Made by a program: the position numbers and the translations under genes
The notes under the pieces: generated by a model
What the model saw: only the letters and a program-made list of their open reading frames with translations
Told to the model about the DNA's origin: nothing
Database searches by the model: none
Shown: positions 12,911 through 25,958 of the stretch, one piece after another
How positions within the stretch are numbered: the stretch's first letter is position 1
Layout: each line of letters starts with the position of its first letter
Origin: Camelus ferus
Taxonomy: Eukaryota
DNA: 64,000 nucleotides
Assembly: GCF_009834535.1 (NCBI RefSeq)
Contig: NC_045697.1
Location: 48,052,001-48,116,000 of the forward strand
Direction: 5' to 3'

Positions 12911-15900
12911 TTTACTTAAATTTTTATTCATTTATTTTTTAAAAACCTTCACAGCTTTGAGAGGAAAATGAAAAATGCTTTGATAATTTACTAGAGGTAG
13001 TTAAGATTTTCAACTAACATAACTGTTATCTAGGACACTTTATACAACTGAGTATTTGAAAATTGACATTTGAGTTATTAAAAATGCTGTGAATTAGTTG
13101 AGATAAATAGACAGGAAAATACATAGATGCATCATTTGCATTTCTTTTCTTCTTCAACTTTTTGCCTAAATAGTATCATGAATCCAGCAACAGACAACGA
13201 CTTTGAGTGTGATATGTTATATCCTACCTCTTATGAACAGTGCCAGATAACTTACTGATGTCATATGAGCTGACTAGCCAACCCCAGACTATCTGGAATT
13301 TAACACAAAGTGTACATCCCTCCATTTCTTGTAATTTCTTCCTCAGATTAGAGAGGTGATACAGTGCAAAGAAAAGACTGTTTTGAAGCCAGGTGGTTCT
13401 CCTACTTATGTAGCTGTATAATCTTGAATGAGTCACTCACCCTTTCTGGGCTTATTTTCTCATTTATAAATTTTTGTATATTACCTTGTAAGATAAATTT
13501 ATATGGTTTAAAAAATTACAAAGTCAAAAGAAAGCTGTAAAAGAGTACTTCAACTCTATCTTCATTCTCAAGGTCTTATTCTTAAAACCAGAGTATTGGA
13601 TAATTTCTAATCTTCATTGATGACAGTTTTTTCCCTTCATGGAAAACAGTGATACAGAATAGGTTACAATAAATGGAAACTATACAATGATTATTTTTAG
13701 CAAAATATTATAATAAAAATCTCCATCCATTGTGATTGGAAGGATAGTGTATTGCTTAGTAATGGCTGGGACACAGATGAATATTCAGAGACTTCGAATA
13801 CAGTAAAATACTCCTTATATCTTATTCATTCTAGTTTAATCTCTGGAATTCAGAAGGTACTTCAAGATTTGGCAGCACCTTTTGGTCATCATTATAAGCA
13901 TCAATTTTTGGGTAGTTAGATGCATAAGGATACCAGAAAATAGAAATTTTTGTTTAATGAAATGCCAGAAATCGGCTTTTTCTTTATCCTTTATCTTAAT
14001 AAGTACTTTCTTCAGTCCAAGGTATTTTATAAAACACATACATACATACATGCATGCATTTTGTGTGTGTATAAGGAGAGACTGTTATTACAGGTGTTTT
14101 TTAGAGTCACAAAATTAAATTTCTCTTTACCATGTTTTGTCCTATAGACTTATCAGTTAGTAAAAGTGGGGTCTTGGAGCCAGATACACAATTTGAAGAA
14201 ATCCAAATTGTTGAAAAATGGAGATGAAACCAGACCTAGATATTCAACTTACTTGCTGTTCCTGAGGTTAGCAGTTCTGATTTGATCATACTTTGTTTCA
14301 CATCAGTGAGAAAAGGAGAGATGAAAATAGCAGTTTTAGAACAAAGTGACCATTACACTGTGAAGAGGCAGTCTCTTCCATTTGGTTTGGGAAGTAGGTT
14401 GTCATGGTGCTCAGTCCCTGCAGTACTGCCTCTGTTGTCTGTGTCAGACATACCAGGTAAGGCCAAGTCCTTGTTTTTCCATCTGTATTACGACTGGTAG
14501 TTTTGTGGTTGAGAGGAGGGTATTCAGAGGTTATAGCATCATTCCAAATGACCTGTTGTGATAATCCTATCTTACTAGTTTCTCAGTTAATAATTTTCTC
14601 TGTCATAAGTGGTGGTTGCATTTATAATTTAAAATCTGAGGTTGTGATTTCTGGTTTCTAATGTCAACATCCCCATTAATTTAATCCAGAACATAAAATT
14701 ACTGCTTTGTGCCAGTTTCCTTACCTTTCCAATATGGATAATAATTGTTCCGCCTAACTTAAGAGGCTTCTTAAGGGGCTAAAACGATTAAGAATGTGAA
14801 AGTGCTCCCAGTGGTTAAAAAATTGTACAAATTTATAGGTAGGATGATGAATATCTACTTTTCTTCCTTATTTATCTGTCTCTAAGCTTACCTTTTCTAG
14901 CAGGTTATTTTCTGGCACTCTCATGATTACTTAAAGGGACAAAAGGACACATTTTATAGTATCTTATACTGAATATACAATAAAAACTTCCATTTGGTTC
15001 AGGTTTAAGAGTCAGTTTAATGTGATCAGAAAGGGTCACTTTTGTGTGGCTATACTCTCTTCTTGATTTATGTACTATGTTGTTCCTTGTGGCTCATAAA
15101 TGAATTAGGGGAGGAAATATTAGTTAAGTCCTACAGGTTGCTTTGCTTGCTTGTAGTTGTCATTCACTGTCCTCTCTCTAGCATTAATTTAATCACATCA
15201 CAGACCATAAAATTACTTCTAGATTGTAAATTAGTAAGAAATTGAGTTATTTCTTTTTTTCTATTCGAAGGGCTGTTTTGGACATGTTCAACCTAATAAT
15301 CTTTCTCAAATCATGTAAGGGTGGGATCTTTTTGTTTATTTTTTGGTCATACCAATCTTCGTTATATATGATCCTTGACACCCATTTGACCTTCTGTGAA
15401 ATAAGATTTTTTAAAAAGCAAATATCCTGAAGCATTCTTAGACTAAAATAAAAGAAGATCACATCAGGAATAATGCTTATAGCATCTGTGTAGAAGCTGT
15501 AGAGAAGGGATAATAAAGTGAATTGAAATAGAGAGGAGGCATATTTAAGATTTTACATTACCAAGGCTTGATGGCTTGGATTAGTGAGTAGAAAGTAACT
15601 ATATATAAACCAGTATGTCTTATTAAAAAGAAACATCTACTGGAATGAAGGGAGAAAGACCCCTATATGTCAGAATATCACCTGAATGGAAATCTGTGAG
15701 ACAGAAAGTAGAAGCAGAGTGGAGTATGTTTGCTTATATGTGGGAGGGGAGAAAGCAAGAAGTATTTTTGTTTTAAAGTAGTATGGATAGAATATAAATA
15801 GCTATTTCTCAATATATTATAAATGTATTATAATTATAAAATAAACACAGAAACAAGGTAAGTTGTAGGAGATTACGGCTGTCTATACTAGTGCTGGAAA

Positions 15901-16870
15901 TCTCATTTTCTCAAAACAGAGTCCCTGCAAAGTTCTTAAGGTGCAAGAAGCATAATTATGCTCTTATTTAATTCTCACTAGAAAGAAGGAATTTACTTGG
16001 TTTCTTAGCTCTCAACTATATCTCTTCCTTTCTTTAACTGTTGGTGAAGTTGAAATAATAAAAATTGAGAGTATGACTCTGACCCTTTTAGTATTTCTAA
16101 GCACCAAGGAGAGGAGTGTTGTAATGACATGTGCTCTGTTTAGGAAAACTGGTTTTATTTTCCTGAACTTTTTGAAACCAAAAATGTTAAAAAGTGGATG
16201 CCTCAAGAAAATTGGGAAGTTTTAAAAGTCAAAAATAGGGCAATGCAATCATAAATTATACCAATGAGGTGGAAAGTTGGAGGCATTTAATGAACCAAGT
16301 AATTGTTCAGGATTCATTTCAAAAGTATTTCTTTTTCAATGAAGAGAAGTCAATAACCAAGCATATGTTTTTTTAAAAAGAGTTTAGGAGCCTGTGATTT
16401 TTGCCAAGAAAACGCAAACGATGAGTGAAAGTGCTAAGGCAGTGAGGAGGATATTTTAAATACATCTGTGCTGTGAAGGGGTACACCCCATGTGGATTGT
16501 ACAGGCACTAATTGATGATCAAGAGAAAACCAGAGCTATATAACTTCTACTTTCCTTTCATTGTCTCTGTTGAAGAGAATTATTTTGAAAGTAGAAAGGC
16601 TAAGTAATACCAACTGAGGAGGAGATTGGCAAGAGAGTCACTAAGCTGCCTTCACTAGTTAGCTTTCCAAATCAAGATAATTATATCCATGGTATTAAAA
16701 GATCTTGCCAAAATATGATTAGAGAAATGACCTGGGTCATCTATTATGAATACTGGGGTATAGGAGAAGTTCTAGGATATTGGAGATGAAAAAACCGTTT
16801 TGTTTTTCAAAGGGAAAGACTTTTCAAGCATAGTTTCCCTCATCTTTGTAGTGGTAATAGTCATACTGTC

Positions 16871-17200
16871 TGTTATAGTTTGGGTTCTCCAGAAAGAAGA
16901 CTGAGTTAGTTTGGTGTCCAGGAGTTTATTAGGGAAAAGGAAGGGGATAAAGCAGGATTGGGCCTAGAGAATAGAGCTGTGTTGGTCCCTAACAACCTCA
17001 GCTGACCCCACCTGTAGCTTTGGAGCTGAAATGGCCTGTGAGAGTTAACCCAGGAGAAACCAAAATCGCCAGACCTTTATCTTTTGCTTCTGATCTATAA
17101 TTGGATATGTGCCACTCCCAGGAGTTCTTGACCTTGACTGAGGCAGCTCTCTGCAGCTGGAGCAATTGCTCAAGGATTGATGAGGAATCTGGGCAGCATC
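16871..17200 (-). mobile_element. ERVL-class solo LTR (LTR33-like)
   Basis: gggttctccagaaagaagactgag...gtttattaggg...aagcaggattgggc...cctcagctgaccccac. Confidence 0.55.
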
Positions 17201-17569
17201 TTTTTATGTCTACCCCTTTGCAAAGATACAAGTAGTAAATAACTGGCTTTGAACTCAGAAAAAGCAAGCTATGTTGTTTTGTTTATGTAAATTAGGAATT
17301 TTATTAATACCGTGTAACCAAAGCAAAATAGAGAAATAAATTGGATACTGAGACTGGTATAAAACTGTAATTATCATTTATACTCTCTGATTTCACATTT
17401 TTATAATCATCAAAACTATTCATTTTTAGTGATTGATTTATTCAAACATAATACTGCTTCTATCTGTTTTATAAATTATATACCAGAAATTGTTTGAAAA
17501 AGGTGTTCCATTGCTTAAAGATGTTTGAAAAAAGTCTGATGTGGAAGATGATCAATTCTATCTGTAGAA

Positions 17570-17960
17570 TTTATTTTGAATCTGCCTACTATTCATTATT
17601 TCTCTTGCTTTAGCCTAAGCCACTGTCATCTGTCATCCAAACAACCTCAAAAACTTTCTGATTGGTCTCATCATTTCCAAACTTTGGCTTCTGCAGTTCT
17701 CTACAGTACAGCTGCGGTGATCTTCAAAAACATAAATCAAATAATATCACGTTCTTGCTTAGAACCTGCTTCAGTCATTCCTCTTCCTCTTAATCTCCAA
17801 CATCATTTCATACCTTTCCGTTCTCTTCTAGCCCATAAACATACAAAGCTATTTGCTGGCCCAGGACCTTTCACTTCTTCCTCTATCTGAGATGCTCTTA
17901 ATCCCATTCTTCACCTTCGTAACTCCTCATCCTTCATGTTTCAGTTTAAATGTCACCACT
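17570..17960. mobile_element. L2 fragment
   Basis: Pyrimidine-rich L2-like motifs (gtgatcttcaaaaacataaatcaaataatatcac; ccaggacctttcacttc; cagtttaaatgtcacc). Confidence 0.5.
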
Positions 17961-19135
17961 TTAAAGTAGAGGGTGGAAACTGCCCTCCCTTTAATCACTC
18001 TGGGTTACAGTAGGCAGTAGGCACATGACTTGACCTTTTATTCTCGTCAGCACATCCGAGACATTCAAAATTGGAGCAGGGAGAGGAGTATTGTTTCATC
18101 TAGCACAGTGTCCTGCAATGCAGTAAGATTTCAGTCAATATTTTTGAAGGCATGTGTGCAGGCTTGTGTTTCAAAGCTAGGAGGAAGATGGGGTGGAGAC
18201 TTTTTATAAGAACAAAGATTATCTTCTCTCCACTTAAAACCTTGTGAAAAGTAGACAGTATATTTATTTAGCAGGTTTTGGTCATTTATAAATACTTCAC
18301 AAACTTACGAAGCTGAAAGGGGTTAGTTAAATGGCTTGACTAAAGTCATACTGCTATTAAATGTCAGTGCTAAACTCAGTTCTGTTAAGTACTACATCTC
18401 TACCATACCTAATTTGGCACTAAGGAAAGAAAATATTATTAGTGCAGATGCAGAAGTATAATTGCAGGGTGTACCATTCCTCATCTTATAGATTCTGTTC
18501 TTTTCATTTACATACTCCCAAATTCAGCTTTCCAGTAAAAGCCAGGTGGAAAAATTGGCTTCTCCTTAGCCAAGATAAGTGTGTGTCCCTGCATTTTCCT
18601 GAGAAATTTTTTTTTTAATGTGGTGAAAATAAAACTGAAAACAGGGTAGGAAGATTTTATTCTGTTCTTTTTCATTAACTTGCAGACTTGGTTAAGGTTG
18701 TATTCACCTTTGAATACCAGAAAATCCCAACAGTAGTTTGAAAAAATAGTAGAAGAGTAAAAGAGTAATTTTCTCACACAAGAAGTCCAAAAATGGCAGT
18801 CCAAATCTGGTTGAGCTCCTTCCCCATCCATAGTGGGATAACTTTTGCCAAAATGGTTCTGACTACACGGGCATAGATGTAAAAGGGCAAAGGAATACAC
18901 AAGTACACATACACACACCCATGTTTGCTTGGTGGCACTTTCAAGACAGTTTTTACAGTAATCAGACTTTTTTTCCTCCCATTGGCCAGAATTGTATCAC
19001 CTGGCCCTGAAAAGCTAAAAAATATCTAGGGAGACAGTGAATAGTGTCTGTATCTTGTGCTCCCTTCATTTAATGTCTTTTAGCAGGACAGTCCAAGTAC
19101 CTGGTACCATAATACTAATACATTGTACCTTTCAG

Positions 19136-19287
19136 ATTTACATTGGTGCAGAAGCATACAGTGGAGTTTAACCAAGTGGCAATGGCTAATTCAGATGGAT
19201 CCGAAGCTATGCTGAACAGAGTGATGACAAAAGACAACATTGGTGTCGCTGTGGTATTAGAGGTCCACAAAGAACTATTTGGAGCAA
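19136..19287 (+). CDS. CNOT6L: CNOT6L coding exon (152 nt): FTLVQKHTVEFNQVAMANSDGSEAMLNRVMTKDNIGVAVVLEVHKELFGA
   Basis: Branch-like TACTAAT 19113-19119, acceptor cctttcag|, donor AA|gtgagt; phase fits neighbours; ORF track shows only the antisense frame here. Confidence 0.96.
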
Positions 19288-21500
19288 GTGAGTGCAATTT
19301 AAAATATTTTTACTAAAACTAAACACCATCCCAAGTTTTCTCTTCTCAAGTGCAGAGAGTCTTGCTGGTATTTATTGCATAGTTATTTCCTTGTCTTTTG
19401 AGGAAAGCTAAGGGAGAGGGCAGGAAAAGAGCACTAATTGTGTGATCATCAAGCATCATATACATCCTGGGGTATTACTTACCAGGTAATGTGTAAAAAG
19501 AAAAGTCTTTAATATGCCATTAATTCCAGAAGGTTATTTGAAATAAGAAATGTTTTAGGCTGAATTTGGAAATTATGATGGCTTGGTTCTCTTTTTAGCC
19601 ATATTTTTAGCTTCTTGAATGTAAAATCTTTTGTCTTTAAGGATAAGTACTTGGCACGTTTTCTCTAATTTCTTTGTTATATTTCAGTCATTGTCAGGGT
19701 ATGAGCAGGATCTTTTATCTACCTGGTACTTTTCTTTTCCATTGTAGATTATTTATAGCTTCCTTCAAAGTCAGAAACTCATTATGTACTTTGCATATCC
19801 AGACCTTTTTTTCCCCTTTCTACTGTTTGCCTTTGAGCATTTCATTGTTTACTTAACTATATTTTAGGTAAGAGCGAGGAGAAGTATAAGACCACATCCG
19901 GGCTTTTATTTAAAAATATTTTTTTCTTTACTCACTGCCTGTAGAGGAAAAGATTTTTCCCTTAAGTATTGATTTGAATCGTTCAGACCATATGTATTTG
20001 TCAAACGTTTTCTCACTGGTCTTCAGTTTATCCATCATCAGAGACAGTCAGTCTTTGATATGAGATTTTAAATTCTTCCTCTTTTTCACCCTCTCCATTT
20101 TTGCTTTTATGTCCTTTCCAATCTCATTCTTCTTAAAAGTCTGGTACCTTTTCTTCTGACAATGAGAATATTGAATTCCTTTTGGAGTTTTAATCTCCTT
20201 TTAATTTGCAGAAGAGTAATTGTAAATTATACAGTAGACATTCACTTGCTGAAATAATGTCTCTCTTATACTCCCAGAGGTGGAATATAATATTATAGAA
20301 GGTGCTTATGGTTTCTTTGAAGGGGCAAGCTTTAAATATTTAATACAGTGAACATTTAATCTCCAGCCAAAAGTGACAGTAGACAACTTCTAGGGAGAAA
20401 AAAGAGAGCTTAGAGAATTTTCGCTGCAAATTTTTATCTTATAATCTGATTGCTTTAAAAATGACTTTCTGTCACATGTAACAGACACTTCAGTTACTTG
20501 TTTACTCAACACTAAAGATAATTATAGCTTGGTAAGGTGGAAGGAAACTTTACCAAAATAGTAGGCTGAGAAAATCAGGTCTTTCTGTAGAATTTATATT
20601 TTCAACAGAAAAATTTAAGAGCTACTTCCATAGAAATTTCAGTAGAAAAATTAATCTTGTATACAGTTAAGTAATATTCCAACAGTACAAAAGTGTATAA
20701 AGTAAAAAGTGAGAGTTCCCTTATTTATATCCTCTAGTTCATGTTCATTTCTTTACACATTACTAATATATGTGTATAGTTTTATTTAAGTGGCATCATA
20801 CCATGCATATTGAGCTTTGTGCCTTAAAAATTTGATGGGCATCTTTCTCTGTCAGTATGTGTTAATAACTAAGTTTATTTCATAACTTGTCCCTTCAAAG
20901 AAGCCATAAGCCTCTTTTTTTTTAATGTGTTATCCTCATCTACCATTTTGAAAGTACCATGTTAATATTTATTTTGGCAGAATTAAGAAACAGTATTCTG
21001 GGGGAAAAAAGAACCTTACAGATTTTCTAGTTGAATACCTTACTGTCCAAATGAACCTGAGCACCAAAAAGTTTAAATAATGAATAATAAAAGGTTAGTA
21101 ATTAGTGATAGAACCAGGTCTAAACCCACGTTCAAACTTTGAAAGCACATACTCCCTAATTCTCACTTTTTAAAATACTTCTTCTAAGTGTATGGTATGA
21201 ATCTGTTTTGGTAGCAAATTCACTTAATTTATTTCATATAGATTAATATAATGTTGTTGCCTTACTGACACTGTCACTGATGTGCTCCAGAAATGCAGAG
21301 TGAATGAGTACTGACCAGCAGGAGGAATTTAAATTATAGTTTAGGTGATTCCAATAACTGAAAACCTGTCTCACTAGGTCACTGTGATATTTAAGTGACA
21401 GATACTTAAAGTGCTTGTTTACACTAAGAACTCAGCAAATCAAGGTACTATAATCAAATGTTGGTTATATCATGGTATAATTCCTAACTTGGGGAGAGAG

Positions 21501-21702
21501 TAGGAGCTGGCAAACTTTTTCTAAAAGGGCCAGATAGTTAATAGTTTAGGCTATGTGGGCCACATATGGTCTCTATCACAGTCTTTTAAAACCTGTTTCA
21601 TAGAACCCTGTAAAAATGTAAAGCAAGCCTTAGAATATACAGGCTGTACAAAAACAGGTGGTTGGCCAGATTTAGCCCATGGGCTGCAGTTTGTCAGCCC
21701 CC
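21501..21702. mobile_element. MER58-family hAT MITE
   Basis: ggcaaactttttctaaaagggccagatagt ... ggccagatttagcccatgggctgcagtttgtcagccc with inverted termini. Confidence 0.75.
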
Positions 21703-21890
21703 ATGTTGGGATTACCAGAATCTCAGCACTTACGCTTCTAAGAACTGCTTCATGAGGTAAAGGGAAAGATATAAATTAATAGAAAAGAGTAAAGAAGTGG
21801 CTGTGGGTTTTGGGGAGAAAACCTTAAGATACTGCTTTTTTGATACATAAAGTATAACTTGATCCTTTTTTCCCTAATGATTAAATTTAG

Positions 21891-22118
21891 GTCTGAAGCC
21901 TATTCATGCTGCAGACAAACAGCTGCTTATAGTGGCAAATGCCCACATGCATTGGGACCCAGAGTATTCTGATGTGAAACTCATTCAGACCATGATGTTT
22001 GTCTCAGAGGTTAAAAACATTCTGGAGAAAGCCTCAAGTAGGCCTGGCAGCCCAACTGCAGATCCTAATTCCATCCCGCTGGTGCTATGTGCAGATCTTA
22101 ACTCATTGCCAGATTCAG
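21891..22118 (+). CDS. CNOT6L: CNOT6L coding exon (228 nt): (S)LKPIHAADKQLLIVANAHMHWDPEYSDVK...PLVLCADLNSLPDS
   Basis: Acceptor aatttag|, donor CAG|gtattt; contains NAHMHWDP and catalytic CADLNS motifs; overlaps ORF 21932..22192. Confidence 0.96.
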
Positions 22119-22228
22119 GTATTTATAACATCATTTCCTCTTGGCTTTCAATTTTGCTTATACTTCTAGTTGAAAGGCCAGCTAGCTCTTAACTTTTGAG
22201 TAGAGAATTTCTCTTCTAAATTAGAGAG

Positions 22229-22711
22229 TGTATCAGTAAGATCCCAGATATAGGACATGTGGTAATTGAGGAGAATTTATTTAAGCTATTTCCAAAGGTG
22301 TGTGCAGGGTTAAGGGACACAAAAAAATGAATGATGCAGTATCCTGCCACAAGGGGAGTTAGGGACACTTCACCACCCCTGCACCAAAAGGGAAAAGTGG
22401 TAAGAGCTGTTATCAGAACCTGGAAAAAGTAGTTAGGAGGAGAGGTCCATGTAATAGGAGTGATGGATTTGTATTATGATAAGATTAACCCCCGGCAAAC
22501 CAACAAAAAGGGAGCCAGGGGAATATTTATCCCTGCCTCACTCTGTTCCTGTCCTCCCATTTCTTGTTGCCACTGCTGCCCATTGACCAGATCCAACTAG
22601 AAGCTAGAGTGGGAGGGGTTCACAGTTGGTGCAAGTAAAGGTCAGCCTCAGGCAGCACAGGGTGCAGTAGAGGAGGGTGAGCTGAAGACGCAATCAGAAG
22701 TTATTCAGTAC
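22229..22711 (-). mobile_element. ERVL-class solo LTR (LTR41/LTR50-like)
   Basis: Starts tgtatcagt; contains cccattgaccagatccaactagaagctagag; related to elements at 41960 and 46866. Confidence 0.5.
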
Positions 22712-22997
22712 GGTAGCTATCTGGTTTACTAATGTTGACGTCTTTTAAGTGAACTCATTAAGTGATATCTGAATACTGATAATAGGTGCAGAAGAGTAAT
22801 CAGAATTATCTTAGGATTTCACATTTACTTCTTGAGCTCCACTAAACTACTTTATGTCCTAACTAAATTATTTTAGATCTCTGTATAAAAATTAGTTCTG
22901 CATTTAAATACTGTAATTCAAATATAAAACGTTGCTGTTTTGGTATTACCAAAGCATATTCTAAATTTTGTATATTTTCAGTAAGCTAGTTTTTAAA

Positions 22998-23116
22998 AAA
23001 TTTGGGGTGGGTAATTAGGTTTATTTATTTATTTTTAGAGGAGGTACTGGGGATTGAACTCAGGACCTTGTGCATGCTAAGCATGCACACTGTCACTTGA
23101 CCTATACCCTCCCCCC
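22998..23116 (-). mobile_element. tRNA-Ala-derived SINE (camelid Vic-1 type)
   Basis: Reverse complement resembles tRNA-Ala(AGC) (tgcatgcttagcatgcacaaggtcctgagttcaatccccagtacctcc) plus an aaataaataaacctaattacc tail; imperfect TSD tcagtaagc..ttttaaa at ~22978 and ~23117. Confidence 0.85.
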
Positions 23117-23439
23117 TCAGTAAGCCATTTTAAATTGTCTAAAATAACCACTCCACAATAAATATAAAATTAACACCCCAAAAGTAAAAAATTAACCCCA
23201 ATGCCTACCATCATAATATTAATAGAAGTCTCAAATCTGGAAAACATCTCTACTTTTTCTCCTTAGCAAATAAATCTAAAATCATCCTTTCACAAATGTT
23301 TGCCTTCAGCCCCTAGCCCCCATTGATACCTTAACCATGTCCTCTTTTAATCCTTTTTTTGAGTTGAATTGTTCTCAGGCACAAGTTTCCCTCTATGGTT
23401 GATTTGTTTAAGCCAATGAGCTGTTATTTGGCATCACAG

Positions 23440-23640
23440 ATTAATTAGTTGACTTGAGCCAGATTGTCAGGGCTGAATCCTGGTTCTACCAATTAGGAGC
23501 TGTGCAATTTATGACTAAGTTCCTCATTTTTAAATAAAGGGATAACCATTTTATCTACTTCATGGAGTTGTTTGTGAGGTATGTGTAGGAGGCACTTACA
23601 GCAGTGCCAGGTGTATAGTAAACGCTAAATAAATGATAGC
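23440..23640 (+). mobile_element. MIR SINE
   Basis: gaatcctggttctacca...gctgtgcaattt...agtttcctcatttttaaataaaggggataa...cagtgccaggtgtatagtaaacgctaaataaatgatagct. Confidence 0.7.
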
Positions 23641-24293
23641 TCCTTTCAGCTGTTCACAATACCAGCGTTGCAACTCATCACTTACTCGTTGTGTGTTGCT
23701 GTCATTCCTGATCACAGTTAGAGATGACTGACAGTGTTTACTAATCATCATCAGAGGAAGGGTTGTGGTACCTTTTTTTTAATGTTTACTTAATTCAGTG
23801 GAAGCGGTGTACTTTTTTGAATGCTTCTACTCTCTTCAGCTTTTTTTATATATACACACATAATATATATATTTTTTTATATATACACATATAATATTTT
23901 TATATTTTTATATATACCTCCAGCATATAATGTCCTGTTTAGTGTCAGACTGAAAAAAACTCACTGTAGCTCCAGACAAAGAATGGCATTGTGGAGCTGA
24001 AACTAGACATTGCAATGTTGAAAATGCAAAATCTATTTTTGTTGTTAATGGTTTTTAAATTTTTTATTATGTGTGCTGTATTTTATATATTCTGAAAGTT
24101 GTTGATTGCATAGAATGGTGAATACTGAAGAGATAGTGGTTTGAAATAATATTCTAAAAACATTTAGGGTCAAGACCTTCCTGGCAAATGCCACCCTAGA
24201 TCTGGGAATCAGCTTGAAGACCCATTAAGAAAACTGAGGATAATTCTGAGTGATCCTGGTATTTTGCTCTGAAATAGGCAGATACCCTTCAGT

Positions 24294-24371
24294 TTGATTG
24301 AACCATATGAAATTGCTCATACTTGGTTTTTTAACAACAAAAAAAAGGCAGTTTCATGTGGCTCAATGTGA
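24294..24371. mobile_element. MADE2-like mariner MITE (palindromic)
   Basis: TTGAACCATATGAAATTGC (24298-24316) is inverted against GCAGTTTCATGTGGCTCAA (24348-24366); about 80 nt in total. Confidence 0.75.
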
Positions 24372-24466
24372 TAAAACCACTCTGAACCTGGTGCATGCAT
24401 CTGGCAACAGATTTTGGCCATGAAGTCTTGTGTAAGGTCTAGTTTCTTCCATCTTTATTCTGTTAG

Positions 24467-24669
24467 GTGTTGTGGAATATTTAAGCAATGGAGGAGTAGC
24501 TGACAACCACAAAGACTTCAAGGAACTAAGATACAATGAGTGTCTTATGAACTTCAGCTGCAATGGAAAGAATGGAAGCTCAGAAGGGAGAATCACACAT
24601 GGCTTCCAACTGAAGAGCGCCTATGAAAATAACTTGATGCCTTACACCAATTACACCTTTGATTTCAAA
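24467..24669 (+). CDS. CNOT6L: CNOT6L coding exon (203 nt): GVVEYLSNGG...MPYTNYTFDFK
   Basis: Acceptor ttctgttag|, donor AAA|gtaagt; overlaps ORF 24472..24741. Confidence 0.97.
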
Positions 24670-25774
24670 GTAAGTGACAGCCTCTGGGCTGGCATAGAAA
24701 TTATCAAATACACAAGAAAGGTGTATGTTATTTCTGCTTAATTGCATAATCTTCAGGAATTTTTAGATTTTCAAAATGTCTTTGCTAAGTGTGCACCTAA
24801 ATCTAAGGAGGTTTGTTAGGTTTTGTGGTTATTGTTGACTTAAGAATTCTTTTTGTACCCTCATTTCTTCAAATTTCAAATAACCATGATAATAGCACAG
24901 ACTTCCAGAATGCTCACTAAATATGTGCCAGGCACTGTTCAATAGCATTTTTTATTTATTAATATAGTTGCGTTTCACCTGTCCATACCATTTCTAACTT
25001 ACAGTAACATCCCTAACAGTAAGGATTCAAATAAGCAACCTGATACAGCTAAACTATCACCTTGAATGAATTTGTATAGTATTCCTCCCAAATTTTCATA
25101 GTACTTTTCATTGTTTTCTCATTTACCTTCAAATTTTCCAGGTTTTTTTGGGAGATGGGATTAGAGAGGGTTGTACTTAGGGTCTGTTTTACATTCGTGT
25201 TGTCATACTAGTATATTCCCAGGCAGTGGGACACTCCAGCTTAGTAAAAGGACCAAGAAAGATTTTTTTTGTACAATAAGAAGAAAAATTAGAGGGCCAG
25301 TTGTAGAAGACCAGTTGTAGTTGTTGAAACACTGGTGGTAGTGGTTTTCTGTGGTTAATTCCTTTCCCTTTGCCAGTTTTCTGTTCACTCTGCATGTTGT
25401 ACCTCTGTTTGATTTTCTGGCATTTCAGGCATATGTACTAAAATCTTATACCATCCTGAAAAAATGCAGATGTTACAAAGTGGTTGAGAGTAAGAGGCCC
25501 AGAGGGATTTAACGAAATACCAAAGGAAATTTATGAAATGCACTCTTAAACATCTCTAATAACCTTTTCCCATTTTCAGTGCTTGTTAGCTGCTTTCCAA
25601 GAAACGAGTAGTAGGAAGAAGACAGGAAAGTCATGTGCTGATGCTGTTGGCCAGTTTCTGTAATCAAGAAGTGGAGGAAAATTGCTTAGAAGTTGAATCC
25701 AATTTTAGTGTTTTTGCTTTTAGGCTAGATAATACTATTCAGAGATAATTGACTTTGTTCAGATCATTGATACG

Positions 25775-25958
25775 CAGTAATGTGCTGGCAATATTTAATA
25801 ACCAGCTTTCTGGGAAAAAAGAAGCTCAAATTTGTAATGTTTGCTGATTTCTGTGGTATAAGTAATAGACTTCAAGCTCCCCACAGAAAAGCATTGAATG
25901 CAGAATGGGGATGAAGCACTAAGAAAGTAGGTACTAGCTGACTCTGTTACACCACTGC
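25775..25958. mobile_element. MER63-like hAT MITE
   Basis: Termini cagtaatgtgctgg ... ttacaccactg; internal tttgtaatgtttgctgatttctgtggt. Confidence 0.5.

Noticed and set aside
19115..24596. Antisense ORFs over CNOT6L exons (19115..19297 and 24363..24596, -)
   Set aside because: Short stop-free frames opposite real exons, with no independent support.
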